64,000 nt of DNA from Lama glama (taxonomy: Eukaryota): NCBI GenBank assembly GCA_028534125.1, contig CM052818.1, forward strand, positions 23,066,001-23,130,000. The letters run 5' to 3'. The number at the start of each line of letters is the position of its first letter. Position 1 is the stretch's first letter. The translations under genes and the position numbers were made by a program. The notes beneath the pieces were generated by a model. It searched no databases. It was not told the origin of the DNA and saw only the letters and a program-made list of their open reading frames with translations. Positions 38,926-51,570 of the stretch are shown in pieces.

Positions 38926-40445
38926 TATATAAAGAACTCTTAAAATTCAACAAGGAAACAAAACCAAACCCAACTTAAAAAATAGGCAAAATATTTGAAA
39001 GACTCTTCATCAAAGAAGATATAAGAATGGCAAATATACACATGAAAAGATTCTCAACATCAGCAGTCATTAGGGAAATGTAAATTAATACCATAATTGA
39101 GATACCACTACACATTGATTAGAATGGCTAAAATAAAAACCTATTCCTGGAGAGGATGTGGAATAACTGAAACTCATACATTTCTGGTGAGCAGGCAAAA
39201 TGATACAACCACTTTGGGAAACAGTTTGGCAGTTTCTTTTAAAGTTAAATGTATATTTACCATACCCACTTCTAGGTATTTACCTAGAGAAATGAAAATT
39301 TATATGCTCATACTTGTTCATGAAGTTTTATAGCAGTGTTATTCACAACTGCTTAAAACTAGAAACAATCCAAATGTCCTTCAGTGGTGAATGGTTAGGT
39401 AAACTGGAATATCCACACAATGGAATATTACTCAGCAATAAAAAGGATAAATTATTAATACATGCAACAATGTGGAAGAATCTCAGCATAATAATGCTGA
39501 GTGAAAGATGTCAAACCAAAAAAAAAGTATGTTTCCATTTATGTAAAATTCTAGAAAATGAAAACTAATCTATAGTGAGAGAAAGCAGATACATTGCAGA
39601 ATAAGGGGAGGGATCCCAAGAGACACAAGGAAATTTAGCTTGATCATGGTGATAGTTTCACAGATATATAACATATATCAAAATTCACCCTAGGATACAC
39701 TTCAAATATGTGCAGCTTATTATATGTCAATTAAATCTCAAGAAAGCCACATTAAAAACATTATCTAGGTGACTTTAATGTGCAGCTGAGTTTGAGGACA
39801 CTGAAACATACATAACTATCTTAAGTCCTTCAGTCTTTGGCTTAGAGCTTGGCTGCCATCAACCCACAGAGAATCTTCTATGGTTTAGATTCCAGACCTG
39901 TTACAAATCTGAAATCTACAGGATAACTCCAGAATGAGCATACAAACCACCAGATAAATTTATTTTAGTAGGTCCAGGGCCTTCAGTTTAAACTGCAGGG
40001 AAGTACTAGATAAAAATTACTAATCGGAAATGAAATACAACAAGAGGCTCAAGCCTTTAAGCTTCCAAGGTTATAAATCACACACAGTGCAGAGACAAGT
40101 TTGGAACTGGTAACTCGGTGAAGTTGCTCTTCCCATCCTTCATAGACTCAGCTTCTGTACTACCCTTACTTTATTAGAATTTGGGGTTTGAACCCACTCC
40201 ACTTTCGGGTTCTCTTTCCTTTGACCTAATTTACAGTGCTTCCAAGAATAGGTACTTGAACGTATTGAAGAAGTTGCTAACTTTGTTATGCTATGCAAGA
40301 CTTCCTTAAACGAGTATATTTCCCCTTTCCTCTCAATGACTCAAACAGGACAAACTATAAAGGACCTGAAATTGGCTGAATGAGACCGGTCTATCCACTG
40401 TGCTCAGTTTTGCTCAGAGGCAGAGGGATGACTCAGAGTGTCATA

Positions 40446-40580
40446 TTTGCACCTTCAATATGCATATGAATCACGTGGGGACCCTGTCAAAATGCAGATT
40501 CTGCATCAGCAAGACTAGAGTGGACCCCAAGATGCTGCATTTCTAACCAGCTTCTCCTTGATAACGCCGATGCTGCTAGG
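40446..40580 (+). mobile_element. MER5A-family fragment
   Basis: gcatatgaatcacgtgggg...aaaatgcagattctg...tgcatttctaaccagct...gccgatgctgct. Confidence 0.75.
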
Positions 40581-42283
40581 TGGGTTTCAAGGCAAGTGAC
40601 CTTTCAAAGTCCTTTCATGCCTAGGACACTGTGAAGCAATCATCACCCTAATAGGGAAGAAGAGAGCGTTCAAGTCAAAGGAAGGAAATCTGTGTCAGCC
40701 CCGCCTCTGATGACACTCTCCGTTAAGAAACCCCTGCATTACTTAAATGCTTATACATCTGGTAAGGGTAAGGCTTCATTTGTTGTGAGCAGCTCAGAGT
40801 GTTTAAAAAACGTTGTTGATTGGATTTGCTTAACTTTTTCTGAAAAGGATTTGTAACAGAATGGTTTGTGTAGAGTTAGTCAACCCAGCTTAAACCATTT
40901 TATCGCTGTTGCATCCAACCATCTCCTGTGTGTGCCCCTCCCCTTTTTTTCTCATAAAAGATACACAACATTGAAATATGAGACTCTAATGTTTAGTATA
41001 CTACATAGCTGATGTTCTCAGTTCTTATGACAAATGGGCTCATTTCTCTCTTAGTGAGAGGATTATATCGCATGTCCTGAATTTTCCTTTTTTTGAGGCA
41101 AAGATAGCTCTGGTAACAGCAGCAGTTGCTTTTCATGATTTACAGTTATAGTAAAATCCCTTGGAAAGAATTGTAGGACAGCACTGAAGCCCGGTCATGA
41201 ATCTTCCTGGGGAAGCTGGCTGCAGCCCTTGGGTGGGTCTTTCTCACCCACTTCTTACTTTCCTCCCCCTCTGCTTTGTACATCATACTGCATCCTTTTT
41301 TTTTCCAGAGCAAATTCTCGATTTTTGGAAAGGAACAGAGTAGCTTAGTTTTGCCTAAAAGTGACACATTCAAACAAACGTAGTTAAAATATATCTGAAT
41401 TTGCAATTGAAACCAAGTGTCCTTGATGGGCTGAAAACCAGGCCAGTCTATATTTTCATCAAAATCCTTATTATGGGTAATTTTCCATCTCAGTTTACCT
41501 TGCTCTTTAAATTAGTTCATCGTGATTTTCAATGAAAATAACCGGGAAAAATGCACCCACAAAAGCTCAGAGTAAATCTATATTCCTAGCTCTGTATTCC
41601 GTGTCCAGGTTTCCTTATTAAGTGATTACAAGAGCAATTTTGTGTCTTTCAAGTCCATTTCTGCAGAAGAATTTGAATCACCACTGGAATGAATGTGGTA
41701 ACGAGAGCAGTTCTGTCAACAATATGTGACATGAGGGAGGGGAGCAGAGAAGCTGGGCTGTCTGGACGATGGTTTTGGATTGGGTTAGGGATTTTTGTTG
41801 TTGCCAGAAAACTCAGAGTTCAAAGGGAGTAGAGAAGCATATTGATTAGCTTTGGACTGGTCAAAGACTAGATTTATATCTGAATTTAACTAATGTTTTA
41901 CACATGGTCTCCTTTGTGTTTAAAAGATGTACCCCGGGTTATTTAAAGACTAGGGCCAGCTGAAAGCAATTCCTCTTCTTGTCGTCTCTCCTCCAAATCA
42001 CGACCATTTAATAGGCTGGTAGATATTAAATCTCTAGGAACAAAAGGGAGTGTGACTGGCCCAAATGACCTGTGATCTCTAAAGTCCCTGTTGGCGCCAC
42101 AAGATCTTTGTGGCTTATTTTTTCCCCCAAACTTCCTATTCCAGAGGCCACATTTGTGGGGATATCTGGAGAACCAGGCTGACCACTTGCTTATCTGCCA
42201 GTTCATCTTTCTTTCGCCCAGTCTGTCAGTTATTTGGATCTGCTGCTGTAAATTTCAGCTCTACCATTAATTTTTGTTTAAAA

Positions 42284-42475
42284 ATAATGTTGTTAACATT
42301 ATGAAGTGCACTGTGCTAAGCACTTTACACGTATTATCTTAAGAATCCTCATGATACCCATTTTAGAGGTGACAAACCTGAGGCTCAGGCAGGTAACATA
42401 ACTTGCTCAAGTCCTCAAGGCCAGGATCCAAAATACAGGCAATTTAAGCCTGGACACGTGCACTTAACCACTGTG
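42284..42475 (-). mobile_element. MIR SINE
   Basis: gcactgtgctaagcactttacac...cccattttagaggtgacaaacctgaggctcag...aacttgctcaag. Confidence 0.85.
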
Positions 42476-42669
42476 GATTCTGCTTCCTCCATCAGGAGGT
42501 TTTTACAGGACTTTAGAACTGAAGGAGTTTGGAGAGGGACAAGGATACAGACTCTAATGAAGTTGCTTCAAAGCTTCATAGTCATCCATTCATTCAACAA
42601 TAATGTACTCCCGTTCAATTCTTCCAGAAGCACGCTTTCATTAAAGGTCATAGCATCGCTCTATAGCAG

Positions 42670-43206
42670 GCACCCTTTCCTGGTAGTGGTCCCCACACTA
42701 ATTCACAGGGTAAGTCTTCTGTAGCCATGTTTCTATTTTAAAACCCACCCCTGCTAGTCAGAGCAGAATGAGGCCCAGGCTGGGTCAACAAGATTCCTTC
42801 TACTGGAAATCTGAAACTGGGAAGAAGAGATGGAGATTTAGCTTCTGATATGGACAGAACTGTGACGTGGAAACTCAGTGAAACATGAAAACTCAGGAAC
42901 TGTAGGGAAGCCATTTTCTTCCACAAATGAGAGCAGAGAGAGGGGCTAAGGGAGGCGAGAGGAGAGGAGAGGAGGGAGGGGAAAGGCAGGTGGAGGAGGG
43001 GGAGGCCAGAGGAGAGAAGACAGATAATATGAAGAAGATAGAGCAGACACACAGAGTAGCTTGAGACCAGATAGGGGACTTTTTGCCAACTTTCCAGTAC
43101 ATGGATTTGGTTTTTCATGAAGCATCCTTATTTCCTTAAAAACACTCTTTGCTTAAGCTGCTCCAAGTTGATGTCTGTCCCTTGCAATCAAAATCCTAAT
43201 TAATGC
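42670..43206 (+). mobile_element. Old ERVL-class LTR fragment with internal GA-rich tract
   Basis: 3' end tttgcttaagctgctccaagttgatgtctgtcccttgcaatcaaaatcctaattaat is typical of ERVL/MaLR-like LTRs. Confidence 0.5.
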
Positions 43207-44659
43207 TCATTCAAACTCCTGCAAGACCCAGGAACTCAGACACCTTTGTTTCTCCCCAGAGCCCAACAGCAGACTCTGCAAACAATGCTTTGTTTCTGTT
43301 CTTTGTTCCAGTGTGCTCAAATCTTTCCAATTTATCTTGAGTCTTTATTCCATCATCTAATTATATGGCCTGAATCCAGTCTCTTTTCTCTCTCGCCCGC
43401 CTTACATTCTACCTTGAGATTAATCTTCCAAAACTGTGTTTCCCCCCATGTGTTACTTTACAGCTCAAAAATCTTCACTGGTGCACTAGCTCCTCATCGT
43501 GTCTCATGGAACACCAGGGGAGACGTCCCAGCATAAAAAGAGTTCTGTGGTCGAAGACTCTTGGGAAGTCAGCGTTCTCCCTCTCTCGACTTTGCCACAT
43601 ACATCAGCAGTGTTACAGGCTTTGAGAAATTCTGTTTATGAATCAAAGCCTCCACTCACCACCGAAAAACACAAACACACACCACTCAACTTGAATTTGA
43701 TTCGATATTTCCTTTCTAGGTGTGACACCTCCAGGAGAAGGGGAATATCTACAGAATTAGGGCCAAGCAGATTTCTTGCCCTCTGCCCCATATATGGGTT
43801 ACCTGATTTGATTGACCATTTATTTCTCCCTCGGCTGCAGTCAGGTGAACCTCCTTGCTTCCTGTGCTTTCTCCCCTCTGTATCCCCTCCACATAGCATT
43901 TTCCTTGCCCACCCGGACTCCAAGCTCCACCTCCTCCAAGGAGTCTTCCCAAACCACTCAGTTCCACCTTGTGCTTGTACATTTCTCACCTTCTAAGGCC
44001 CTTGTGATTCGAACCACAGAGTTAGCAGTTAGGCATAGTCTGTTTCCACCTAACTCTTTGATACCTGTATGTCTGTCAACTGACAAAGAGTGCAAGTTTA
44101 TGAAACATAAAAACCATATGCTTTCTTCTATAATATCTAGCTCAGGACTAGCACAAAAAACATTTTTAAGGATGATGCATTAAATGAATTGGGCCAATTC
44201 TCTGACGTAGAATGACAAATATTTTCTCTCCATCTGCTCAAGAATGGCCTGGTCATTAGAGGTAAGGATGCTCTAGTCTTAATGCCAGGCTTTCTCTGAG
44301 GCACTCAAGGACAGCTGATTGCTTCTGAGGAGTTACTCCCACCATGGCAGGGTTCTCTCAGGTACAGAACTTTGAAGGGATCCTTATCTGCTTGTAAGGG
44401 AAGAAGGTTAGCATGTCTGAAAACAGGGATTGTGCAGAGGACCTTGCCACAGTTAAAAGTCCGTGCTCAGAAATAGCTGAAATGCTCTTCCATATAAAAT
44501 TGGTTAAATCTACAGTAGCCTACCCGTGGCACGATATCATAAAAAGCTTTAATAGATCATATTGCAGAAGAATATTTAATGACGGGAAAATATTTATGAT
44601 ATATTGTTAAGTGAGAAACAATTTCAAAAGAGAAGATACACTATGTTTATAATGTGATT

Positions 44660-44884
44660 ATTGGGAGTTTGGTATTAGCAGATACAAACTATTATACATA
44701 AAATAAACAAGGACCTATTGTATAGCACAGGGAACTATATTCAACACCTTGTAATGGCCTATAATAAAAAAGAATATGAAAAGAAATATACATATATATG
44801 AATAACTATGCTGTATACCAGAAAATAACACAATGTTGTAAATCAACTATACTTCAATTTAAAAAATAATAAATGAATAAATGA
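44660..44884 (+). mobile_element. Short L1 3' tail inserted in an older L1ME fragment (~44490-45070)
   Basis: gggagtttggtattagcagatacaaacta...tatagcacagggaactatattcaa...ttgtaaatcaactatacttcaatttaaaaa. Confidence 0.9.
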
Positions 44885-46353
44885 GGTGAGACAAAGAATA
44901 TGCATTGAAACGACATCGGAATGGTAAATGAACATGTTGACATTGATTATATCTGGGTAGTGGGATCACAAGCATCTGGTTTTTTTTTTTTCAATCCCTT
45001 TTTGTACTTTTCTGTATTTTCCTGGTTTTCCACATTGAACATGTATTACTTTTGTAATCAGAAAAAAGTAATCCAAAACACAATTCCATGTTTTCTCTCT
45101 TCTCCCAGCTCCTGCCTTCACACTGAATGCTTGAAGTTACGTTCAGAGACCCAGAGAATCCTCTTTATTTTGACTTTGGGCCTTAACCTCTTGTTGGCTG
45201 TGGTCAGCTCTCTTTCTTCCACTAGGCTTACACAGGAATGTCCCAGGATCCACTGATAACCTGGGCACTGTCCAGTGTAGGCTTCTGAGCTGAGGATAAG
45301 GAACAGATCGAAATAACTTCTGCCTCCTTCCTTCCCCAGACATATTCTGACTCCTCTCACTCTGTTTTCCCCTTCTCGCTCTCTTTTCTCCTAGAAAGAA
45401 AATGCTGATGGATGTGGATATTGAAACCATCTTCTAGGGGCTAAGAAGAGACATGGAGGGAAGGCCTAGGACTGCACAATGTCCTCATGTGGGCATGTAT
45501 AGCTTTACCTGATCACTGCCTAAGAAAGATTCCAGCTCAGCTATGAGTGGAAGAAAGAGCTGTTAGGTTGTGTGTTGAGAATATACACAATCCCTTTGAC
45601 TTTTTCTCATGGGGCTGGGGAACCGTTTTAGTTGATTTAAACTATAGTTTTATACAGGAGAGCTGCTTCTTCTGCTGTGCTTTGTGCTTACTATGAACCA
45701 CAGAGGGCATCCCTACTCATGTCAAAGATGAGTGAACGTTTTCTATGGAGAAAATGACACAGTCTTACCCTATTTCAATGCCTCTCTCACTGCCACTCTT
45801 CTTGGCACTGGGTGACCTCCATCAATGCACAGATATTCCTCACGAAGAAAGCTGCAGCTCAGGGGGCTTGTTTTGGAAAAAGACACTGTACTTTGGCTTT
45901 AGTCCCTCCTGGGAGTTGGGGTCTTGTCTTCATGCCTGATTAAGGGGGATCTTCAGGAGCCTCTGCCCAGAGCCCTTCGGAAGCTTTGCCTGCCGTCGTT
46001 TAGGCAGGATGGGAGCTGAAGCATCAAGACCATAAAGGTTCTGAGATTCTATTTCTCCTCAGGACAGGACAAGCCTCCTGCCCCAGACCCTGCTCTGGCC
46101 TCAAGCCCCGGGCACAGCCATGCAGCTGATACCACAGCATCTCTAACTGAAATGTTTGGAGGGCCTTAAGAGCCTCACTTAACTGGTTTAGCCTTAGTGC
46201 AGAGGCTCCTTGCGTAACACTGGCGTCTTTCGAAAAGGAATACGTTGGCAGTCAGCCTGGAGGCTGCAATCCCTATGGGAGAGGAAGGCATGGCCTCCAG
46301 AAGGTCTCTGTTAACAGTGGGCATGGCGGAGGCCAGGCAAGCAGAACTATTAA

Positions 46354-46415
46354 TCCATCTGCACCCAATGATTACAGAATTCTGTCCATCTGCCTCCAAT
46401 GATTGCAGAATCCTG
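46354..46415. repeat. 31-bp tandem duplication (2 copies, 27/31 identical)
   Basis: tccatctgcacccaatgattacagaattctg followed directly by tccatctgcctccaatgattgcagaatcctg. Confidence 0.9.
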
Positions 46416-46581
46416 ATAATGGCCTGGGTACTGCCCCAGACATCTGGTACTGTAACATCCTCTACTGAGAAGGCACTTAGGGAAACAGGGGAAGAGAGAG
46501 GAGTTTCCTTTTCAAAAAGTCCTCACTTGCAGGATCCTGTCCTTTTGCCTTTACTCTCCCTGGTGCCTCTGTCAAACTGCA

Positions 46582-46876
46582 CAGTCGTCCTTTGGTATCC
46601 ATGCGGCATTGGTGCCAGGAGCCCCTGCAAATACCAAAAGCCATGGATGCTCAAGTCCTTTATATAAAATGGCATACTGCACTGAATACAGTCGACCCTC
46701 CATATCCATGGATTCAACCAACCACAGATTGAAATTTAATCTGCAGTCCGCTTTTGGCTGAATCCCCTTCGTGCAAAACCCACGAAAAGGGAATGCTGCC
46801 TGTACATTTATTGAAAAAAATCTGTGTATAAGTGGACCTAGGCAGTTCAAACCCTATGTTGCTCAAAGGCCAACTG
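46582..46876 (-). mobile_element. Tc1/mariner Tigger-family MITE (MER2/Tigger2/MER8-like composite)
   Basis: Left end cagtcgtcctttggtatccatg...ggatgctcaagtcctttatataaaatggc is MER2-like. Right end tataagtggaccta.gcagttcaaaccctatgttgctcaaaggccaactg+TA is Tigger2-like. Confidence 0.85.
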
Positions 46877-47025
46877 TAATTGGCTCACTTAGGGCTGGGA
46901 GGACAGTTAAAAAGCAACTGACAATGGTGGGAACTGGGTAAGTCAGTGTCATTGGCCTGGGCCTTTATTTACTCCATATGTGGTCAATAGATAAAGTCAC
47001 TTTATTACCTACCATCTGGGAGAGC

Positions 47026-47072
<47 letters not shown>

Positions 47073-47092
47073 CCTACCTACCTACCTATCTA
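47026..47092. repeat. Compound (TATC)n(TACC)n microsatellite
   Basis: About 11 TATC units followed by 4 TACC units. Confidence 0.97.
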
Positions 47093-47260
47093 GTAATTAT
47101 GAGCACACAGTTTGTTCATTCCAACGTGATCTAACTTTGCCCATGAATGACATATTTATAATCTGTTCAATTGCTCTTTTCTGGCTCCATTTTCCCCCTT
47201 GCTCTCAGCCCAGCCATTTGTGATGGGTGAGGAAGTAAGTCCCTCTGTGTCTGGGTTAGT

Positions 47261-50050
47261 TTCATTCATTACAAAAAAAAAAAAAAAAAGTACTGTTTGC
47301 CTACCATGTGTCAGGCACTGTTTGGCCATTTAAGATATACTTGTGAACACCTTAGAAAAGGACCCTTGTAGAGGGGTTGGGGAAGATAGACAATAAGCAA
47401 TAAATATAAATACATACATTACATGGTACGTTAGGAGACAATACATGATATGGGGACAAAAAAAGAGCAAGAATGTGCAGGTTAAGGGTGATGGAGAGTG
47501 TCAAGGTGTAGGGAGAGGGCACATTTCAGTATTAAACAGGGTGGTCAAGTGGGCCCTGTTGGAAAGGTGAGACTCTAAAGACTGAAGGAGTGAGAGGATG
47601 GCAAGTAGATTTGTGGGGCAGGAGTGTTCAGGTAGAGGGTGGAGCTAGAGCAGAGGCCTCCATGTGGGAACACACCTGGTATGTCTGAGGAGTATCAAGG
47701 AGGCTGGACTCCCAGAATGAGTGAGGAAGAGAGCACGCAAAGAGAAAGACAGAGTGAGTGGTGGGAGGAGCGGGCAGACAGCGCAGGACCTCCTTGGCCA
47801 TTGTAAAGACTTTGGTTTTTACACCAAGAGTTGTTAAAAGGTAACCTTACAAGAAATAAGGGAGAGGAGGTTTTTGAAGGGTTCTGATTAGAAAGTGCTC
47901 TGATCTAAGGATCACTCTGGCTGCCGTGTTGAAGGCAAGAGCAAAAGCAGGGAGACTCGACAGGAGGCCAGAGCAGTAATCCAGGTAAGGGATGGTGGTG
48001 GTGGCTTAGACAAGGACGGCAGTCATGAAGGAGGTAAGAAGTGGTTGGATTCTGGGTGCATTCTGTCGTTAGAGCTAATTCCTGTCAGATCTGATGTACG
48101 TGGGAGAGGAAGACAGGAGTCAAGGATAACTCAGTGTTTTTGGCCTGAGCCACTGAGGGAACAGAATGGCCATCCCATTGTGATGGGAAAGACTGCAGGT
48201 AGATCAAGTTCGGGGAGCATCTCGAGAGTTTACTATTGGATGTCTTGACTTTGGAGATATGGAGCAGACAGTTGGATATATGAGTCTAGGGTTCAGAGAA
48301 GAGGTCTGAACTAGGAGTCTAAGTGTGGGTCATGGGGATATTAATTGTATTTAAAACTCCATATCTGGATGAGATCATCAAAAGAGGTGGATACAGAAGA
48401 GTAGAGGACTGAGGTTTGAGCCCCAGGCACTTCAATATTAGAGGTCAGGGAGAAGAGGAGGAGCCAGAAAGAGACCAAGAAGGTGGGAGCAGTGAGATAG
48501 GAGGAAAACCAAGAGAGCGAGGTGCGCTGGAAGCCTAGGGAAGGAAGAGTATCAGGAGGACCTGGTTGATTCTATCAGATGCTATTAATCAGGAAGATAA
48601 GAACTGAGAACTGACCATTGGATTTAGTAAGTCATGGTAACTCTGATCACAAAAACTTCTGTGGAGCAATGAAGGGGATAGGCCTGATTTGGGGTTGGTT
48701 TCAGAGGGAACTGGAGGAGAGGAATTGGACATAGCAAGTGGGAATGATCCTTCTGAGGAATCTGCTCTGAAGGGGAGCAAATGGGACAGAGGCTGCCAAG
48801 GGAAGTACAGTCATTAAAAGGCTTTGTTTTTGTTTTGTTTTTGTTTTTGTTTTAAATAATAACATGTTTGTGTGCTGATGGAACGAATCCAGGAGAGAGT
48901 AACAATTTGGCGTAGGAGAGAAAAGGAAGAGTCACTGAGTAATGTCTGTGGGTCGGTGAAAGGGACTGGAATGCATGCACAAGTGGAGGAATTTGCTTTG
49001 GATGGATGGGTCACTCCTGATGATGGTGAAAAGGCGAAGTACGAAGATGCAGCTGCTGGACAGGGAGTGAATGTGATAGTGGGAATCTGCAGACTTTTCC
49101 TCTGGTTGCTTCTATTTTCCCAGTGAAAAAAGAATCCAATTAGATTCTTTTAGAATTCAGCTAAGTGTGAGAATGAGAAGGAAATATTAAGGGTTTGAGA
49201 AGAGAAAAGAAGGTATGAAACTGTCATCCAGGAGCATAGGTGAGTTTACGGGTCAGGGAAACACATGCATGACTGTTGGACAGCATTAACGGCCCACTTA
49301 AGTTTCATCATCATGAACTTCAAACGCGATCACGCCGCGTGGTTGTGTGTGTGTATTTCTCTAGCTAAGTATGGCCATGACATTTACACTGAGTCAGGAG
49401 GGGAGTGGGACATCGGGCAGGGGTGGGCAACAGTGAAGGGTGGTGGGATCAATTGACTGGAGGGTTCCAGTGGGTCAGAGGATGTTTGGGATTGGGAAGG
49501 AGGTGAGCTGGAAAGTTAGGAGGCTGGAGTCAGTAGGATGAATGAAACTGAGATTATGGAAGAACTGCAGTTTTGTGTAATCACAACTACGGGTTGAGTA
49601 GAGGGAAGATCATCAGAGAAGTTCAGGGACTGAGAGGCTTGGGTATTGGAAGGGTCATCTAGGTGCATATTGAATCATCAAGAGTCAAGACACTATTGGA
49701 GAGAGTGACGGTGAACAGAGATCTAGAGTAACTGAAAAATGACCTCTGAGGGTCAGGAGAAGACAGTAATGATTGATAACATCTGATGACATGAAATTCA
49801 ACATGGTGTGTAAGGGAATACTTCTAAAAGTGATACTGAGGTGTAAGGACACTTCTCTCACCTCCAGGCCTACTGATGAGAGCCGTGAGAGAAAAGTCAG
49901 TCCCTGCTGGAGAAGGCTGTGGGGGCAGCAGCACACACAGGTTGAGGATAAAGGAGATTTTGCTAATCATGGATTATGAACCCCAGAGGTCAAGGAGAAA
50001 GAGTTTCAGGAGCAGAGGAGGTGGGAGAAGCCACACAATAGGGAAAGACA
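47261..50050 (-). mobile_element. Long (~2.8 kb) L2 LINE including ORF2 remnants
   Basis: 3' end ttcattcatt...ctaccatgtgtcaggcactg, followed by collinear L2 motifs (gtaaagactttggttttt, gatcactctggctgc, ggagtcaaggataactc, gagaactgaccattggatttag, tctgatgacatgaaattcaa, cacctccaggcc). Confidence 0.88.
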
Positions 50051-51379
50051 GGGCCTCCTGGGAATTGGAGACCTGGACATGAGGTGACCTAGGAGATTTC
50101 AGGACTGACATACACAGGGACAAGGACACTGGATACACAGCAGATGATGGTGGCAAGGCTGAGTGCTGGGATTTCAGGGGCTCCTGATGAGGTGGGCAGG
50201 TGAGAGGAGACTCTCTGAATAGTGTGCCCCTGACCCAGCTTGGCAACTCCCTGGAGGGGCCTCTCCTACTCATTTCCTGCTCTCTAATTTTTCGCCTTTT
50301 CCAAAGGCTGCACCTAACAGTTGTGACGATTCTGACTGCCATGTTATCCACTGATTCTGAAAGAAGTCGGACAGACCTTCCTGTCTGGTAACTGAATTTC
50401 CTGTTTCTCTAAATGCCCTCAAAGTACTTCATCACATCCACCCCTCCACACCCAGTGTACACATCCGGGGCTCTGTTGACACACTTGTCCCATGGACTAC
50501 TGCCAAAAAAGTCTGGGTTCAAATATTCACAGGGCTGAAACCCTCCCAGATGGGCATTTTGGGAAGCGTGAGGGGGTCCCGAGGTCTAGCAGGCAGTCCG
50601 TCTAAGGCTGTCTCATCTGTGCTTGCATCTTCATTCAAAACCTCTTCTCCTCTCTGCCTGCACAATAAATTGCTTTGGCAGGAAAGCTTCCAAGTCCGGG
50701 GAAGGTGGTTTCCCCTCATGTGGTCCACATTTCAGAGAGCACAGCTGCTCACCATCTTGGTGAATGAGATCGTGCTTCAGTTCCTGGCTGCTCAACCCCA
50801 GTTAATCACTTGGTCCCTGTCTTCATTCAGCTTCTCTTCTGGGCTTAGCTCTGTCCTGGTTGAAAGCCAGACCCTCTTTGGGCTAGCTCATAGCCTGAGA
50901 CGGCAGCCCTCTAATCACCTCCAGGGTTTGTTTCTGGAAAATCTCCACGGCACTTCCAGAAGGAGGTTTGGGGAAGGGAGCCCAGGATGCTAATAAAACC
51001 ACGGTGTTTGCTGAGGTAAATAAAAGGATGAGCTCCCGGGAAATAGGTGATACTCTGACATCCACGTCAGCTGGTCGAACACCAATTTCTCACCTCTTCT
51101 AGGACCTCAGAAATCTGCTCTGCTCTGATAAGGCCTGATGCCTTGTCTAGGGGAGCCCCACTTTCTTTCCTATCCCCACTTTAACTTACTTCAATTATTC
51201 TTCCTTATCCAGCTTTCAAGAAAATTGGCATTTAAATTTGCTGACCCCTATCTCCCTCACGTAAATGCAGTTACTCACTGGAGAGGTAACTGTTGAGTGT
51301 AACTGGTCAAAATGCCAATGGGCCAAGCAGGAGGAGGGTAGTAAAAGACAGGAGGGGATGGCTGGCACTATGGTAGCCT

Positions 51380-51570
51380 GCACAGTGCATGTCAGTGTGG
51401 CCAGCTCTTAAAACTGGGACAGAGAAGCTAAAGAATCCAGATATTTCTGTACAAGCTTCCAATTTTAAATGTTTGGTAATTAACTTTGAAAAAATGCTAG
51501 GAAAGGCACACAAAATATACCTCTGGGTCATGTTGGCTCACGGCCCAAGGTGAGATACCAGTGACCTGTG
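51380..51570 (-). mobile_element. hAT-Charlie MITE fragment (MER102-like)
   Basis: aatccagatatttctgtacaagcttccaattttaaatgtttggtaattaact resembles the recalled antisense MER102. Confidence 0.5.

Larger units (their letters stand above)
35985..39758 (+). mobile_element. ~3.8 kb decayed L1 (L1MD/L1ME1-type) spanning ORF2 endonuclease end, RT and 3'UTR
   Basis: Continuous ORF2-like sequence with stops and frameshifts (cccaactcactctatgaaaccagcattactctgatatcaaaac; gaatgcaaggttagttt; RYHYTLIRMAKIK-like at 39097). 3' end tatgtgcagcttattatatgtcaatta...aaag. Confidence 0.92.
35853..39803 (+). mobile_element. MER5A split in two (35853-35983 and ~39759-39803) by an L1 insertion
   Basis: Left half cagtggctctcaaacttggctgcatattggaatcac...cccagagattctga. 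Right half aggtgactttaatgtgcagctgagtttgaggacactg. Confidence 0.75.

Noticed and set aside
46179..46475. Possible 297-nt minus-strand coding exon (pyrimidine tract + AAG acceptor, TAA|GTGAGG donor, one open frame)
   Set aside because: Both splice sites are weak, the peptide is unrecognisable, and it contains a 31-bp (non-triplet) tandem duplication that argues against coding constraint.
50287..50993. Possible plus-strand exon after ttttccaaag, and the 147-aa ORF at 50550
   Set aside because: No recognisable protein and no consistent exon chain can be built.
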